DNA of 64,000 nucleotides, from the NCBI GenBank assembly GCA_963758155.1, contig CAVWUP010000007.1, positions 12,823 through 76,822 on the forward strand. Reading direction: 5' to 3'. Under the pieces are notes generated by a model that worked only from the letters and a program-made list of their open reading frames with translations, was not told the origin of the DNA and searched no databases. The stretch is from an uncultured delta proteobacterium (GTDB lineage: Bacteria > Myxococcota_A > Polyangia > Fen-1088). This document shows positions 46,918-57,170 of this stretch, in pieces (position 1 is the first letter of the stretch; each line of letters starts with the position of its first letter). The position numbers were made by a program, and so were the translations under genes.

Positions 46918-47085
46918 TCGCCACCCGCGTACGACGGTGCCTCAGAATGACCCGCTCCTCATTTGATAGCTGACCGCCCCGTCGAGCCGCGGAGGTAGAA
47001 GACCTGCGTATCTGTGCGTAGTTGGGTTGTTTGATGGGTATTTGATCCGGACGCCGGCAACGATCACGCGAGGGCACCGCGTGAA

Positions 47086-47967
47086 CTACGCCTTCCGGTC
47101 GTGGTTCATGGTCAGCAGCGAGAAGGCCGCCAGGGTCACCACGAAGGTGAAACGGGCTTCCTCGTAAGAGACGTGGACCGCCGGGTAGCCGGCGTGACGC
47201 CCGAACTGGGTGAAGTCGTTCAGATTCTTCAACAGCGCACTGAGGACATCCGTCTTCTCGATGCTCTCGGGGAAGGCCCGGCCGAGAAGGAGTTCGAAGC
47301 CCTTCTTCTTCTCTCCCGCCCCCTCATACTTCGCCGCGCTTTCGAGCGCTTGATAGCAGGTCGTCAGGACCAACTTGGGATCGCCACCCGTTCGCATCGC
47401 GTTCTCGGCGTCCCGGAGTAGCTTCAGGGCCGCGGCAAGGTTGGGATCAGCGGCCATGTCACCCGCTTGCACCTCGAAAACCTCGACCTCCTTCCAGCCG
47501 AGCGTCTTCAGGCATGTTCGCCATGGGTCGCGATGGACGTTCCAGTGAATCTGCCGACTGGCGGTCTGACTGTCCGAAACGAACTTCGGCGCATCCCAGG
47601 CTTCGCCTGTCTTGTGAACGAAATGATGAACCACCGCAACATCCAGGTTGAAGATCGCAGGGCCACCTCCACGACGCTGATTCTCGATTGCAGCGATGAT
47701 CTCCCGGGAAAACGGAACCCGCACCTGAAATATCGAGCCTGTCGCCGAGATAGTCTGCGGGTATACCGGCTGAAATGATCGCGGCCAAAGTGTCTTGTTG
47801 CCGAGCTTTCCCTCCAAGGCGATGGCGGTGACCTCGACGGGCGGATCGACCGGTTGGTTGGAATTGGTCGGCAAGACCACCTTGACGGGGATGGCCCCGC
47901 TCCAAGCCGGCGGGGGATCGCAGGACGGGGCCTCGCTTGGGATCTCTATCTCGATGCTGATACTCAT
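47086..47967 (-). CDS. hypothetical protein
   Basis: 293 aa with coding-like composition. No recognisable family. Confidence 0.45.
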   Translation of the reverse strand: MSISIEIEIPSEAPSCDPPPAWSGAIPVKVVLPTNSNQPVDPPVEVTAIALEGKLGNKTLWPRSFQPVYPQTISATGSIFQVRVPFSREIIAAIENQRRGGGPAIFNLDVAVVHHFVHKTGEAWDAPKFVSDSQTASRQIHWNVHRDPWRTCLKTLGWKEVEVFEVQAGDMAADPNLAAALKLLRDAENAMRTGGDPKLVLTTCYQALESAAKYEGAGEKKKGFELLLGRAFPESIEKTDVLSALLKNLNDFTQFGRHAGYPAVHVSYEEARFTFVVTLAAFSLLTMNHDRKA

Positions 47968-48421
47968 GACGGAACCTCCTCGCGCACACTGGGAGTGTCT
48001 CATCTCAGATGACGGGGTGCAGCTGCGAAGTATTCAATGTCTGGATTGGCCAAGATGAGCCTGACCAGGAGTCCGCCTGCGCGCGTGATGGAACGAGCGG
48101 GAAGTTCACAGATACCGCTCGACCATGTAGCCCACGTAGGATCCATGCTCTCTACGCTGGCCCTGGGCTATCCGCCTCGCGCCTGCATCGCGATGCGTCT
48201 CCCCGCCAGGTGGGCACCTGGCCCCGCCAACCCGCACATACCGCCGCCCGTGTCAGCCCCTTGGGATACACTGGCTCTCCTCGGAGGCAGCCAGACAGTG
48301 GTCGACTCGGATCTACAAAACAGCGCCATTCGAAAGCGGGTCCGTCTCGGTGGACAGCATGTCGTCTTGATCAAAGGCTTCGCCCGCACCGTTTGCCGCA
48401 GTCCGGCTAGCCGAGGCAGAG

Positions 48422-49144
48422 ATGGAGCATAGGAAGGAGAACCTTCACGCGGGTCATCGGGCACGCTTGCGAAGGCGCTTTCTCGATGAGGGGCTCGACG
48501 CCTTCGAGGACCACCAGGTCCTCGAGCTGCTCCTGTTCTTCGCCATTCCCCGTCGGGACACCAACGAACTCGCCCATCTCCTGCTGCGCCGCTACGGCTC
48601 CTTCTCTGCCGTGCTCGATGCCGACCCCGTCGATTTTGCGCAGACTGAGGGGGTTGGCGAGGCTGCGGCGACGCTGCTGTCGCTCGTGCCCGCCCTGACT
48701 CGGCGGTACTCGATGGATCGCACGCGCCAAGAGCGGCAAACGCTGAACACGAGCGAGCGGGCAGCCGAGTTCCTCGTGCCCCTTATGGCTGGCAGGAGCG
48801 AGGAGGTCTTCTACATCGTCTGCCTCGATACCCAGTGCCGGGTGATCGTCCCTGCTCTCGTTGTTGAGGGGCTGCCTGATCGCGCCCACATTGAGCCGCG
48901 CCAGGCGGTCGAGGTGGCTTTGCGCCACAAGGCACACTCGGTGATCCTGGCGCACAACCACCCCACTGGGCAGGCCAAGCCCACGACGGCCGATCACCGG
49001 GCCACCCAAACGCTCGTCAGCGCATTCGGCGCAATTGCCATCGTCGTCCGGGACCACATCATCGTGGCGGGGGAAGATTGGTACAGCTTCTCTCGTGCAG
49101 GCGACATGCCAGCTGCAAAACCAACGGGAGCACTGAACCCATGA
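48422..49144 (+). CDS. radC: RadC-like JAB domain protein (UPF0758)
   Basis: HNHPTGQAKPTTADHRAT JAMM motif with the RadC N-terminal HhH-like region. Confidence 0.85.
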   Translation: MEHRKENLHAGHRARLRRRFLDEGLDAFEDHQVLELLLFFAIPRRDTNELAHLLLRRYGSFSAVLDADPVDFAQTEGVGEAAATLLSLVPALTRRYSMDRTRQERQTLNTSERAAEFLVPLMAGRSEEVFYIVCLDTQCRVIVPALVVEGLPDRAHIEPRQAVEVALRHKAHSVILAHNHPTGQAKPTTADHRATQTLVSAFGAIAIVVRDHIIVAGEDWYSFSRAGDMPAAKPTGALNP

Positions 49145-50673
49145 AGCTCACGGACGCGCAGAAACGGGCCGTCGCGCACGCGAAGGCCAACTTGCAGCTC
49201 ATTGCTTGCGCCGGCTCGGGCAAGACGGAGGTCGTGGCCCGTTTCGTGGCGAACCTCCTCAACCCGAGGACCAAGCCGAGGGTCGTACCAGCGAACATCA
49301 TAGCGTTCACGTTCACCGAGAAGGCGGCTGCTGAGCTGAAAGAACGAATCGTGACGAGGTGTCGGGAGGAGAATGGGGATCAACCGGGACTCGCCGAACT
49401 CTATGTCGGCACCATCCACGCCTTCTGCCTGGATCTTCTCAAGACCGAAGTGCCGCGCTTCCTCAAGTTCGAGGTGCTGAATGAGGTCCAGCAGGCTCTC
49501 TTTGTCGACCGGCACAGCAAGCAGAGCGGTCTCACGACGACCACCGACCTGACAGGTCGAGTTCTTCAGCGCTACAAGGACACCGATCTCTACGTTGCCG
49601 CGCTGTCGATCCTCCGCGAGGCCCAGCTCGACGACGAAGTTCTGCGCGGCAACTCGGTCGTCACAGGTCTTAGCGCCTACAAGGCACTGCTGACCAAGGA
49701 AGACTCGTTCGATTACTCGTCGATCCTCGGCGAGGCTGTTTGCGCACTTCGAGACGATGCGGGACTGCGCGATCGGATGCGCGACCGCGTCCGCTACGTC
49801 ATCGTGGACGAGTACCAGGACGTGAACCCGATCCAGGAATGCATCGTCAAGCTGCTGCACGACTTGGGTGCGTATGTCTGCGTGGTGGGCGATGACGACC
49901 AGACCATCTACCAGTGGCGAGGCAGCGACGTCCGCAACATCCTCAACTTCGAGAAGCGCTACCCAAAGCCGAAGCAGATCCGGCTTGAGGAGAATTTCCG
50001 TTCCAGCGAGGGGATCGTCGAGACCGCACGGGACTTCATCAGCAAAAACGCCGAACGCCTTCCCAAGGCGATGAAACCAACGGATGTTCAGCCCTACGAG
50101 GCCGGCGACATCATCGCGCTCGCCTTGGCCGATCCGGACGCGGAGGCGCAGCACATCGCCGCGAGCATCAAGGCTCTTCGCGGTGTCGCCTTCAAGGAGG
50201 ACGACGCCAAGCGGGGCTTGGCTTGGTCGGATATGGCCATCCTCTTGCGAAGCGTCCGCAACAGCGCCGATCCGATCACGCGTGCGCTCTCGGCGGCAGG
50301 CATCCCTTTTGTCATCGGCGGGATGAACGATCTCTTTTCTCGGGCCGAGGCCGAGGCGGCGCGGCAGCTCTTCTACTTCATTCGCGGACGCATCGACGAG
50401 GCTGCACTGATCGCTGCCTGGAAAGCGGCGGCGCTCGGTGTCTCGAAGCGGGCAATCGACCAGGCAGTCGCGGGCGCCAAGGCCACCAAAGAAGCTCTCG
50501 ATGGAACGGACGAGAACCGCTGGAGCTATTACTCCCTGCAACGGCAGTTCCTCACCTTCCTCGAGGATTTGGAGCTGCGCGAGGAGTCGGTCCCGGACGG
50601 TCGCGGCGAGGTTGTCTTCTACAACCTCGGCAAGTTCAGTCAGCTCATCTCGGACTTCGAGACCATCCACTAA
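49141..50673 (+). pseudogene. UvrD/Rep-type SF1 helicase, C-terminally truncated
   Basis: IACAGSGKTEV (Walker A), VIVDEYQD, GDDDQTIYQWRG. Ends after about 510 aa, exactly where a transposase fragment begins. Confidence 0.7.
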
Positions 50674-50674
50674 C

Positions 50675-50863
50675 CGCCGCTTTACCCGCCTGACCAACGC
50701 CTTCTCGAAGAAGCTGGAGAACCACGCGGCTTCCGTGGCCGTCTTCGTCATGTACTACAATTTTTGCCGGATTCACCAGACGCTGCGGGTTACGCCGGCC
50801 ATGGCGGTCGGCGTGGCGGATCACGTCTGGAGTTTAGAAGAACTCGTGAGCCTGCTCGGATGA
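50675..50863 (+). pseudogene. C-terminal fragment of a DDE transposase
   Basis: ...RLTNAFSKKLENHAASVAVFVMYYNFCRIHQTLRVTPAMAVGVADHVWSLEELV is a transposase C-terminal YNF.R.H..L..TPA-type signature. No upstream catalytic domain. Confidence 0.5.
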
Positions 50864-50999
50864 TTTTCAAACTGTACCACTACCGACCAGCGCCAGCGCT
50901 TGACGGATTGACGAGGTCAGCGCATTGTATTGCGCGTCAGCGGAGAACGTGCCATGGCCGAACCGGCGCGCAAGGAGCGCAAGATGGGATCAAGAAGGC

Positions 51000-51818
51000 T
51001 TAGTGGAGATACGGATCCCCGAAGTTGACGCTTAACACGCGCTTGAAACCCATAGATAGGGATATCTTCTGCGCCACACAGTACGCGTTCATTTGCAGTG
51101 ACTCTAGAGTTCCCTCGATCCGAAAATCGTCTCCACGACGCGAAGGAAGCCTGCGAATGGTCCAGTCGGCGGCGCTGAGTTCTTTCGTGAGACGGGCCAC
51201 CGCCTGGCCGCACTGGGCGGACGAATTGGCACCGAAATCCATGTAGAGGCCGCGGACGGTGTTCCCATCATCTGACCTGACTACCCCGAAGACCCTGGCC
51301 TGAAGCAACCCGACCATAATGTTCGGCTCCAGAATCCCTGTCCGGTTTCCTGACGGAGAGGAGGACATTTCCCGTCCGCTTGTCCCAAGTGCCTTGATGG
51401 CCTGTGTCCAGGTCATGCCGACCTGCGCTGGCAGAGATGCTAGAAACACCCCACTCATTTCGTCGGCTGTTGATACCGTCTGTGCCTTTGCCCGTTTCTT
51501 CGTGAGGGGAGTATTCTCAATCGCCAATTCGACCTCAAGCAGCTGGTTGGCCGCCTCGGGATCTTCAGCCGCCCCAAGGCGTTTCGCCTCAGTGACGGCC
51601 TCCAGGGCCTTGTCGGGGTTGTTCTTTCTTGCGAGTGCTGCTGCTTCCCCTAGTAGAGAGCGGACCCTCGGGCGGTTGGCCTCTAGCTCGGCATTCCGCT
51701 TGGCGGTTTGTGCCAGTTCAGCCTGTCTCTTGTCCTCTTCACGCTGGCGAGCCGCCTCCTGTTTCTCATGTAAACCCCTTACAGGGAGGGTGAATGCGGT
51801 GGGGCGGATTTCGGGCAT
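51000..51818 (-). CDS. hypothetical protein, low-GC gene
   Basis: 272 aa, coiled-coil N-terminus. Lower GC than the flanks. Confidence 0.45.
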   Translation of the reverse strand: MPEIRPTAFTLPVRGLHEKQEAARQREEDKRQAELAQTAKRNAELEANRPRVRSLLGEAAALARKNNPDKALEAVTEAKRLGAAEDPEAANQLLEVELAIENTPLTKKRAKAQTVSTADEMSGVFLASLPAQVGMTWTQAIKALGTSGREMSSSPSGNRTGILEPNIMVGLLQARVFGVVRSDDGNTVRGLYMDFGANSSAQCGQAVARLTKELSAADWTIRRLPSRRGDDFRIEGTLESLQMNAYCVAQKISLSMGFKRVLSVNFGDPYLH

Positions 51819-51827
51819 GCTGGGCGT

Positions 51828-52214
51828 ATGGAGAAGACTGAAAATTCGGCAGCGCCATCAACCAAGCGAAGGCGACGGCCCCGGGCAGCCTGGATCAAGG
51901 AGGTTCGTAGCCTTCGTGACAGCGGCTTGTCCCCCGAGGAGTACGCCGCGAGGAAGGGCATGGTGCTCAGCACGCTCAAGTTCTGGATGCGAGTCCTGAG
52001 AAACGAGGTGGAGGCGAGGACCAAGAGTGCCGTGCCCGCGTTTCTCCCGGTGAGCGTCCTGCAGGCGGCGGAGGCCCCGGCGTCCGGCGCCAACGTGATG
52101 ATCGAGGTCGACCTGGCGAATGGCCGCCGCGTGCGAATGCACGTCAGGCCGAATGCGGATTTCAAGCGAGTGTCCGAGTTGGTCGACGCGCTGGAAGGTG
52201 GGCTTCGATGTTGA
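51828..52214 (+). CDS. tnpA: IS66 family TnpA (orf1)
   Basis: Small HTH protein. Position and size as in IS66. Confidence 0.7.
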   Translation: MEKTENSAAPSTKRRRRPRAAWIKEVRSLRDSGLSPEEYAARKGMVLSTLKFWMRVLRNEVEARTKSAVPAFLPVSVLQAAEAPASGANVMIEVDLANGRRVRMHVRPNADFKRVSELVDALEGGLRC

Positions 52215-52597
52215 CCTTGCCACCAAGTGTACGGATTTTCGCGGCTGTCGAGCCAGTTGACGCCCGCAAGAGTTTTGATGGCTTGTCGGCCGTGGTGCGC
52301 GACAGCCTGGGCGGGGATCCCATGTCGGGTCATCTGTTCTTCTTCATCAACCGGCGAGGTGACATGGCGCAGATCCTGTTTTGGGACCGCACGGGATTTG
52401 TGGTGATGCGAAAACGGCTGGAGGCGGGGACATTTCGACTGGTCCGCAGCGCCGACGGCAACAAGAGCCACGTGGAGATCGATGCTGCGGAATTGGGATT
52501 GATGCTTGAAGGAATCGACTTGGGCACAGTGAAGCGGCGCAAACGGTTCAAGTGGGAGCGACAGTCAACAGTGGAGGAAGAATCAGCAACGACGTAA
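52208..52597 (+). CDS. tnpB: IS66 family TnpB (orf2)
   Basis: LPPSVRIFAAVEPVDARKSFDGLSAVVRDSLGGDPMSGHLFFFINRRGDMAQILFWDRTGFVVMRKRLE matches the IS66 Orf2 consensus almost throughout. Confidence 0.9.
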   Translation: MLTLPPSVRIFAAVEPVDARKSFDGLSAVVRDSLGGDPMSGHLFFFINRRGDMAQILFWDRTGFVVMRKRLEAGTFRLVRSADGNKSHVEIDAAELGLMLEGIDLGTVKRRKRFKWERQSTVEEESATT

Positions 52598-52606
52598 CGA
52601 TTACAA

Positions 52607-53638
52607 TTGCATTGTGTGCGAGGATTTGCGATTGCACTTCTCGCTTTGTCGCAATCGAAGTCCAAGAGCAAACAGAAGTCCTTCAGTGTAGAAGGCGCGT
52701 TGCCGGTTCCGCGGGACCTGCTGTCCGCTGGGATTGATCTCGACGCCGACATCGAGGTCGAGCGTCAACACAGAATGGAGGCGCTCAAGGCCGAGCTTTG
52801 CGCCATGGCCGCACAGGGCAACTTCGCCAATGCCATCGACAGGATGATGGGCATTGTCCTGGGCCTGGAGCAGGAAAATGAGCGGATGTCATGGCGGCTG
52901 CTGCGCGCCTTGCGCTACCGATTCGGCCGCAATACCGAAAAGCTGGCGCCTGTCGAGCTCAAGCAGCTCTATCTTGCGCTGGGCGGCGATGCTGCGGCCC
53001 CGACGCCGGCCGGCGGCCCGCTTGTGCCGGTTCCCACCGCGCCGACAGAGGAGCTGAATGCCGACGGCGAGGTCGCTGCGCCCAATAGCACCAGCAAAAA
53101 GCGGCGCAAGCGCAAGGTCGGTGGCGCCACTGTGGTCGACGACAAGGTGGAGAAGATTGTCACCAAGGTGCCTGTGCCCGAGGAGGAGCGGACTTGCGCA
53201 CTCTGCGGAGGTGCCAAGACTGTTTTTGAAACCGTCGAGCACCAGCGCATCGAGTTCGTGCCGGCCAAGGTCGTCCTGCACATTGAGCAGCGCGAGAAGA
53301 TGACTTGCCTGGCTTGCCGCAAAGACGTCAGCATTGCCCCGCGCACTCAGGCTCCCGCTGTGATTCGCAAGGTCGGCTCCTCGTTTCTCGCCAAGCTCCT
53401 GACCGACAAGTGCGCGCTCGGCTTCCCAATGCCGCGCGCACCAGACTCGCCCAGCCTCTGGCCCGAGTTGCCCAGGGCTCGCCCAACTCCAAAGTTGGGC
53501 AAACTATTGAATCATTCTAGGAAGTTGCAGGCGTGCCCCACTGCCCGACGACTTTTGGCCTTCCTCAGACAAGACGGGATTCAACCTGGGGTTTGCGCCA
53601 TATCAGGAGAAGTCATCGGGCAACGGGGCAGCCAATGA
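52607..53638 (+). pseudogene. tnpC: IS66 family transposase TnpC, truncated or frameshifted
   Basis: Leucine-zipper and CALCGG...C..C zinc-finger N-terminal half. Homology ends near 53400. Confidence 0.65.
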
Positions 53639-53831
53639 TTCCGGCAACTTGTGTTGTTGGGCAAGTCTCGGGCAAGTGTTGGGCAAGGCTTGGGTGATGC
53701 GCTTGTTGGGCTCGCGAATCTGCGCGCAGACGGGATCCCTGGCCACGCCCTCGAGAATGTTCTGGGAAATGCTGATGACCGGTCGCCTGCGGTAATCCAA
53801 GAGCGCCTCGCTGACAATGCCTGACAGAAGC

Positions 53832-54398
53832 CTACGGTGTCGAGCGGTTGGGCGGCAAGCCCGTCCCCCGTCCCTTGGTCTGGAAACCGATCTGCCGCTT
53901 GGGTTTCTCCGGCGTGGCCATCAGGCTGCGGACGGCGTCGAACAAGGTCACTATGTTTTTGTCGTGGGACGCGATCTGCTTCTCCAGCTCTTCCAGTTTG
54001 GCCGCGAGCTGGCGATGGGAGGCCAGGAATCCCCTGAGCCGGACGAAGACGCGGACCACCTCGACGCTCATCTGCACGGCCTTGGTCGAGTTCAGCACGG
54101 ATGCGGCCATGACGGCGCCGTGCTCGGTGAAGGCGGTTGGCAGGTACTTCCGGTGCTCGCCTCGACCGGGCTTTAAGGTCGCAATTTGCGACCTTAGAGC
54201 GGCGCCCTCTTCCTTGGTCAAGACGAAGGCGAAGTCAGGGGGAAATCGGTCGGCATTCCGTTTCACCTGCTCGTTCAATCGCTTGACGGGCACGCCGTAC
54301 AAGGCGGCCAGGTCGGAATCGAGGATCACCCTGTGTCCGCGCAGGACGAGGATCGTCCGCTCCACCCGTTCCAGCGGGGCGAGGCTGGGCGTGCTCAC
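53832..54398 (-). CDS. ORF6N-domain (KilA-N/antirepressor-like) protein
   Basis: ILVLRGHRVILDSDLAALYGVPVKRLNEQVKRNADRFPPDFAFVLTKEE matches the ORF6N consensus. Confidence 0.8.
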   Translation of the reverse strand: MSTPSLAPLERVERTILVLRGHRVILDSDLAALYGVPVKRLNEQVKRNADRFPPDFAFVLTKEEGAALRSQIATLKPGRGEHRKYLPTAFTEHGAVMAASVLNSTKAVQMSVEVVRVFVRLRGFLASHRQLAAKLEELEKQIASHDKNIVTLFDAVRSLMATPEKPKRQIGFQTKGRGTGLPPNRSTP

Positions 54399-54595
54399 TT
54401 TTCGGTCGCTTTCTTGGCGTCGTAGTCAGCCCGGCCCTTCTCCAGCCACTCCTCGGCCAGGGCGGAGTAGGTCTGCCGTTTCTCGGTCGCGGCCCGCTTG
54501 AGCGCCTTGAGCAGCGCTGGCGGCAGGCACAGCAAGATCTTGTCGTGGTTGAGGGGCTTCCGCGGCATTTGCTTCGTTCGCTTCACTCTCAACAT
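54395..54595 (-). CDS. ribbon-helix-helix (CopG-like) protein
   Basis: AGGAGG ribosome-binding site 7 nt before the second ATG. ...LLCLPPALLKALKRAATEKRQTYSALAEEWL. 4-nt overlap with ORF6N. Confidence 0.6.
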   Translation of the reverse strand: MLRVKRTKQMPRKPLNHDKILLCLPPALLKALKRAATEKRQTYSALAEEWLEKGRADYDAKKATEK

Positions 54596-54757
54596 TATCC
54601 AACCTCCTGAAAACAGCAAGGTTTCCGGTGATGTGGATATAACTATATCAAATGTTATATCCATTTGGTAAGCTATCGGTGGAGGTCAAGAACATGCCGA
54701 GCCCCGCCGTTACCATTCCGCTCAAAAACATCTTCTTCCATTGATGATGGTGCAACG

Positions 54758-55525
54758 ATGATCTTCATCTTCGACAACGGGGAAGTGTTCAGCAACCACG
54801 CGCTGTATTTCGTCGAGGCGCCAGAGGACTTCGGCGCGTGGTTCAACGGCGTCTATCGACCTTGGATCGACGGCATCGAGTATCGGCCGCTGATGATCGT
54901 GGCCACGGCGCCAGCGGTCGAGCGGCGCGAGCGCGTGCCCTACAAACCCCGTCCTCTCGCCAAGTTCGACATGCCCATCGAGGACGATCCCATGCATGAG
55001 TTCTCGACGATATCGGTCGTCGACTTCCTGGCCAAGATCGTCGTGCAGAAGCGCGATTGCAGGCTCCGTCCACGCTACAGGCTGGAGGGCCAGAAGATGG
55101 CGACCGAGCAAGCTCCCAAAAAGAAGAAGCTGAGGAACGCGGGTTTCTCTAACCCGAACGCCGTCAAGCTCGACATCCCCACACCGCCGACCCTGCGCGA
55201 GTGCCTCGCCCGGGGTCTATTCGGCTCGGGCATCTCTCCCCATGGCCACCGCGAGATGAGCGTCGCGCACTCGAAGCAGCTCATAGAGCGCTACCCCTCC
55301 CTCTACCGGCTGGCCGACGCCTCGCCCATCTCGTCGTCGCCGCCGTTCGCCCGTGAGGGCTTCGCATGCGGCGACGGCTGGTTTGCCGTCATCGACAAGC
55401 TCTCGGCGAGGCTGCCCGCCTTTCTCTTTGGCTATATGCATGGTCCCGGCGTCACGCTGAGGCAGTCGGAGCGGCGTGCGCTGATATTGTTTCCCGCTAT
55501 GAATCCTGGACTGCGAGACAACTGA
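54758..55525 (+). CDS. hypothetical protein
   Basis: 255 aa, divergent from the RHH gene across an AT-rich spacer. Confidence 0.4.
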   Translation: MIFIFDNGEVFSNHALYFVEAPEDFGAWFNGVYRPWIDGIEYRPLMIVATAPAVERRERVPYKPRPLAKFDMPIEDDPMHEFSTISVVDFLAKIVVQKRDCRLRPRYRLEGQKMATEQAPKKKKLRNAGFSNPNAVKLDIPTPPTLRECLARGLFGSGISPHGHREMSVAHSKQLIERYPSLYRLADASPISSSPPFAREGFACGDGWFAVIDKLSARLPAFLFGYMHGPGVTLRQSERRALILFPAMNPGLRDN

Positions 55526-55568
55526 AGCAAGCAGCGTGAGGTTGGCGCTGCCGAGGAACGGAGAACTC

Positions 55569-57170
55569 ATGACCATTACCCGTCTTAGGATCCACTGTCG
55601 TCAGGCGTTTCTACTGTCCGCTGTCGTCACGTCAGCGGCATGCGCCAACTCGTCGACCCCGAATCATGCTGGGCAGGGCGGGGGCGGCAGCGGAGGCTCG
55701 GCGTCAGCCGAGTCGCACGGAGGCACCGGCGGTACGGGCGCCGGCGGCACGACCGGCCCAAGCAACCCGTCCAACACTGGCGGCATGACGGTAGTGGGCG
55801 GCATCACCAGTTCTGGCGGCATGACGGTCGCCGGTGGAACGTCCGCCGCAGCCGGCATCACCAGTTCTGGCGGAACGTCAGGCGTCGGTGGTGGCACAGC
55901 CACTAATGTTCCGTGGACGGTGGCGCCGGGCGGATATGTGATGAGCGGACCCTGGGAAGGCTATGCGTGGACGAATGCGGGTGGTACAGGGTCCACGATC
56001 ACTCCAGACAACTTTTCGACGCTCACGGCAGGTAGTCCTCTATGTGCCAGCGGCAGCGTCGGACCGATGGCGGACTACAGTGGAGTCGCTCAAATCGGTA
56101 TTGACCTCGCTCAGGCGCAGGGTGCGCCAGAGGAAACCTGGACGGCAACCGGAACCGGCATCGTCATCAACGTCAGCAACCCGGGCGGGAGTGCCCTGCG
56201 TGTGCAAATCCAAGGGCCAACCGGCGCAACAGATGCCAACGACCGGTGGTGCACGAAGCTCACCGTCTTCGACCAGCCGGTTTCCGTCCCATGGAGCGCT
56301 TTCAACACTGCTTGCTGGGATGGTTCCGGTTCTACCTACAACATGCAGCCGCTTAGCGGCGTGGTGTTGAACGTACCTGGGGGGAACGTAACGGCAGTGT
56401 CTTTCAGTGCCTGCATCGCGAGCCTCAGTTTGCAGACGGGTGGCGGAACGGGTGGCACAACTGCAATGGGCGGCATGATTGCTTCGGGAGGCACAACAAG
56501 TTCGGGCGGCGCAATTGCAACAGGCGGTAGTTCAGCGACGGGCGGATCAACCAACAGTGACCCTAGTGTTTGCAAGCCTCCTACTACTGGTGGTGGCATT
56601 CCTCCGTGCGGCCAATCGGGAACATCTTGCTCACCTAGCAAGACCTACAGCAGCGGGACAACCTACTGTTCCGACAGTAGCACGTGCACAGCATGCACAG
56701 CTACGGGGACTGCTTGCTCGACAACGAATTGCCGGGATTGTTGCAGTGGTGTCCACGCAGACAATTCATGTATTGCGGGGCCAGGTACTCCGAACGGTAC
56801 GAATTGTCGCGGCACAGACTGCAAGGACTGCAGCTCTGGTCTCAGCTCCCAGGGCATTTGTGTTCAGTGCAACATCAATTCTGACTGCGGCTGTCCCACA
56901 GCGTGCATAAACCATCAATGCGTATGCACGCCAAGCAACCGACCTTGCGCGTATCCCAATCAGAACTGCCAGGATTGCTGCTCCGGCTACTACTCGACCT
57001 CCGGCACGTGCTCGTGCGTTCCAAGTGGTACGAACGTTCTTAACAATGTTTGCACGAGCCTGACCAGTGGATCGACGTGTGGCGACTTCACAATGACTTT
57101 CAAGGGCGCTCCCGGAGCGGCTTCTGCCTGCTGCTCGGGAAATGCATCTAGCACGGCGTCCTGTAGCTGA
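55569..57170 (+). CDS. secreted lipoprotein with Gly/Thr/Ser-rich repeats and Cys-rich C-terminal domain
   Basis: Lipobox AACANS. GGxTxxGG repeats. C-terminal ~200 aa dense in CxxC/CC, similar to myxobacterial Cys-rich repeats. Confidence 0.6.
   Translation: MTITRLRIHCRQAFLLSAVVTSAACANSSTPNHAGQGGGGSGGSASAESHGGTGGTGAGGTTGPSNPSNTGGMTVVGGITSSGGMTVAGGTSAAAGITSSGGTSGVGGGTATNVPWTVAPGGYVMSGPWEGYAWTNAGGTGSTITPDNFSTLTAGSPLCASGSVGPMADYSGVAQIGIDLAQAQGAPEETWTATGTGIVINVSNPGGSALRVQIQGPTGATDANDRWCTKLTVFDQPVSVPWSAFNTACWDGSGSTYNMQPLSGVVLNVPGGNVTAVSFSACIASLSLQTGGGTGGTTAMGGMIASGGTTSSGGAIATGGSSATGGSTNSDPSVCKPPTTGGGIPPCGQSGTSCSPSKTYSSGTTYCSDSSTCTACTATGTACSTTNCRDCCSGVHADNSCIAGPGTPNGTNCRGTDCKDCSSGLSSQGICVQCNINSDCGCPTACINHQCVCTPSNRPCAYPNQNCQDCCSGYYSTSGTCSCVPSGTNVLNNVCTSLTSGSTCGDFTMTFKGAPGAASACCSGNASSTASCS

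Larger units (their letters stand above)
51770..53820. mobile_element. decayed IS66-family element(s)
   Basis: tnpA-tnpB-truncated tnpC in IS66 order. Terminal GTAAACCCC-like sequence near 51770. An inverted tnpC C-terminal fragment at 53581-53817. Confidence 0.65.
26864..54664. mobile_element. integrated mobile element (integrative, possibly mobilizable); right boundary approximate
   Basis: Carries int+xis at the left end, a Replic_Relax protein and a TraD-like coupling ATPase. Lower-GC pockets and dense ATGA-coupled cargo operons. An IS66 remnant and ORF6N/RHH sit at the right side. Confidence 0.5.
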
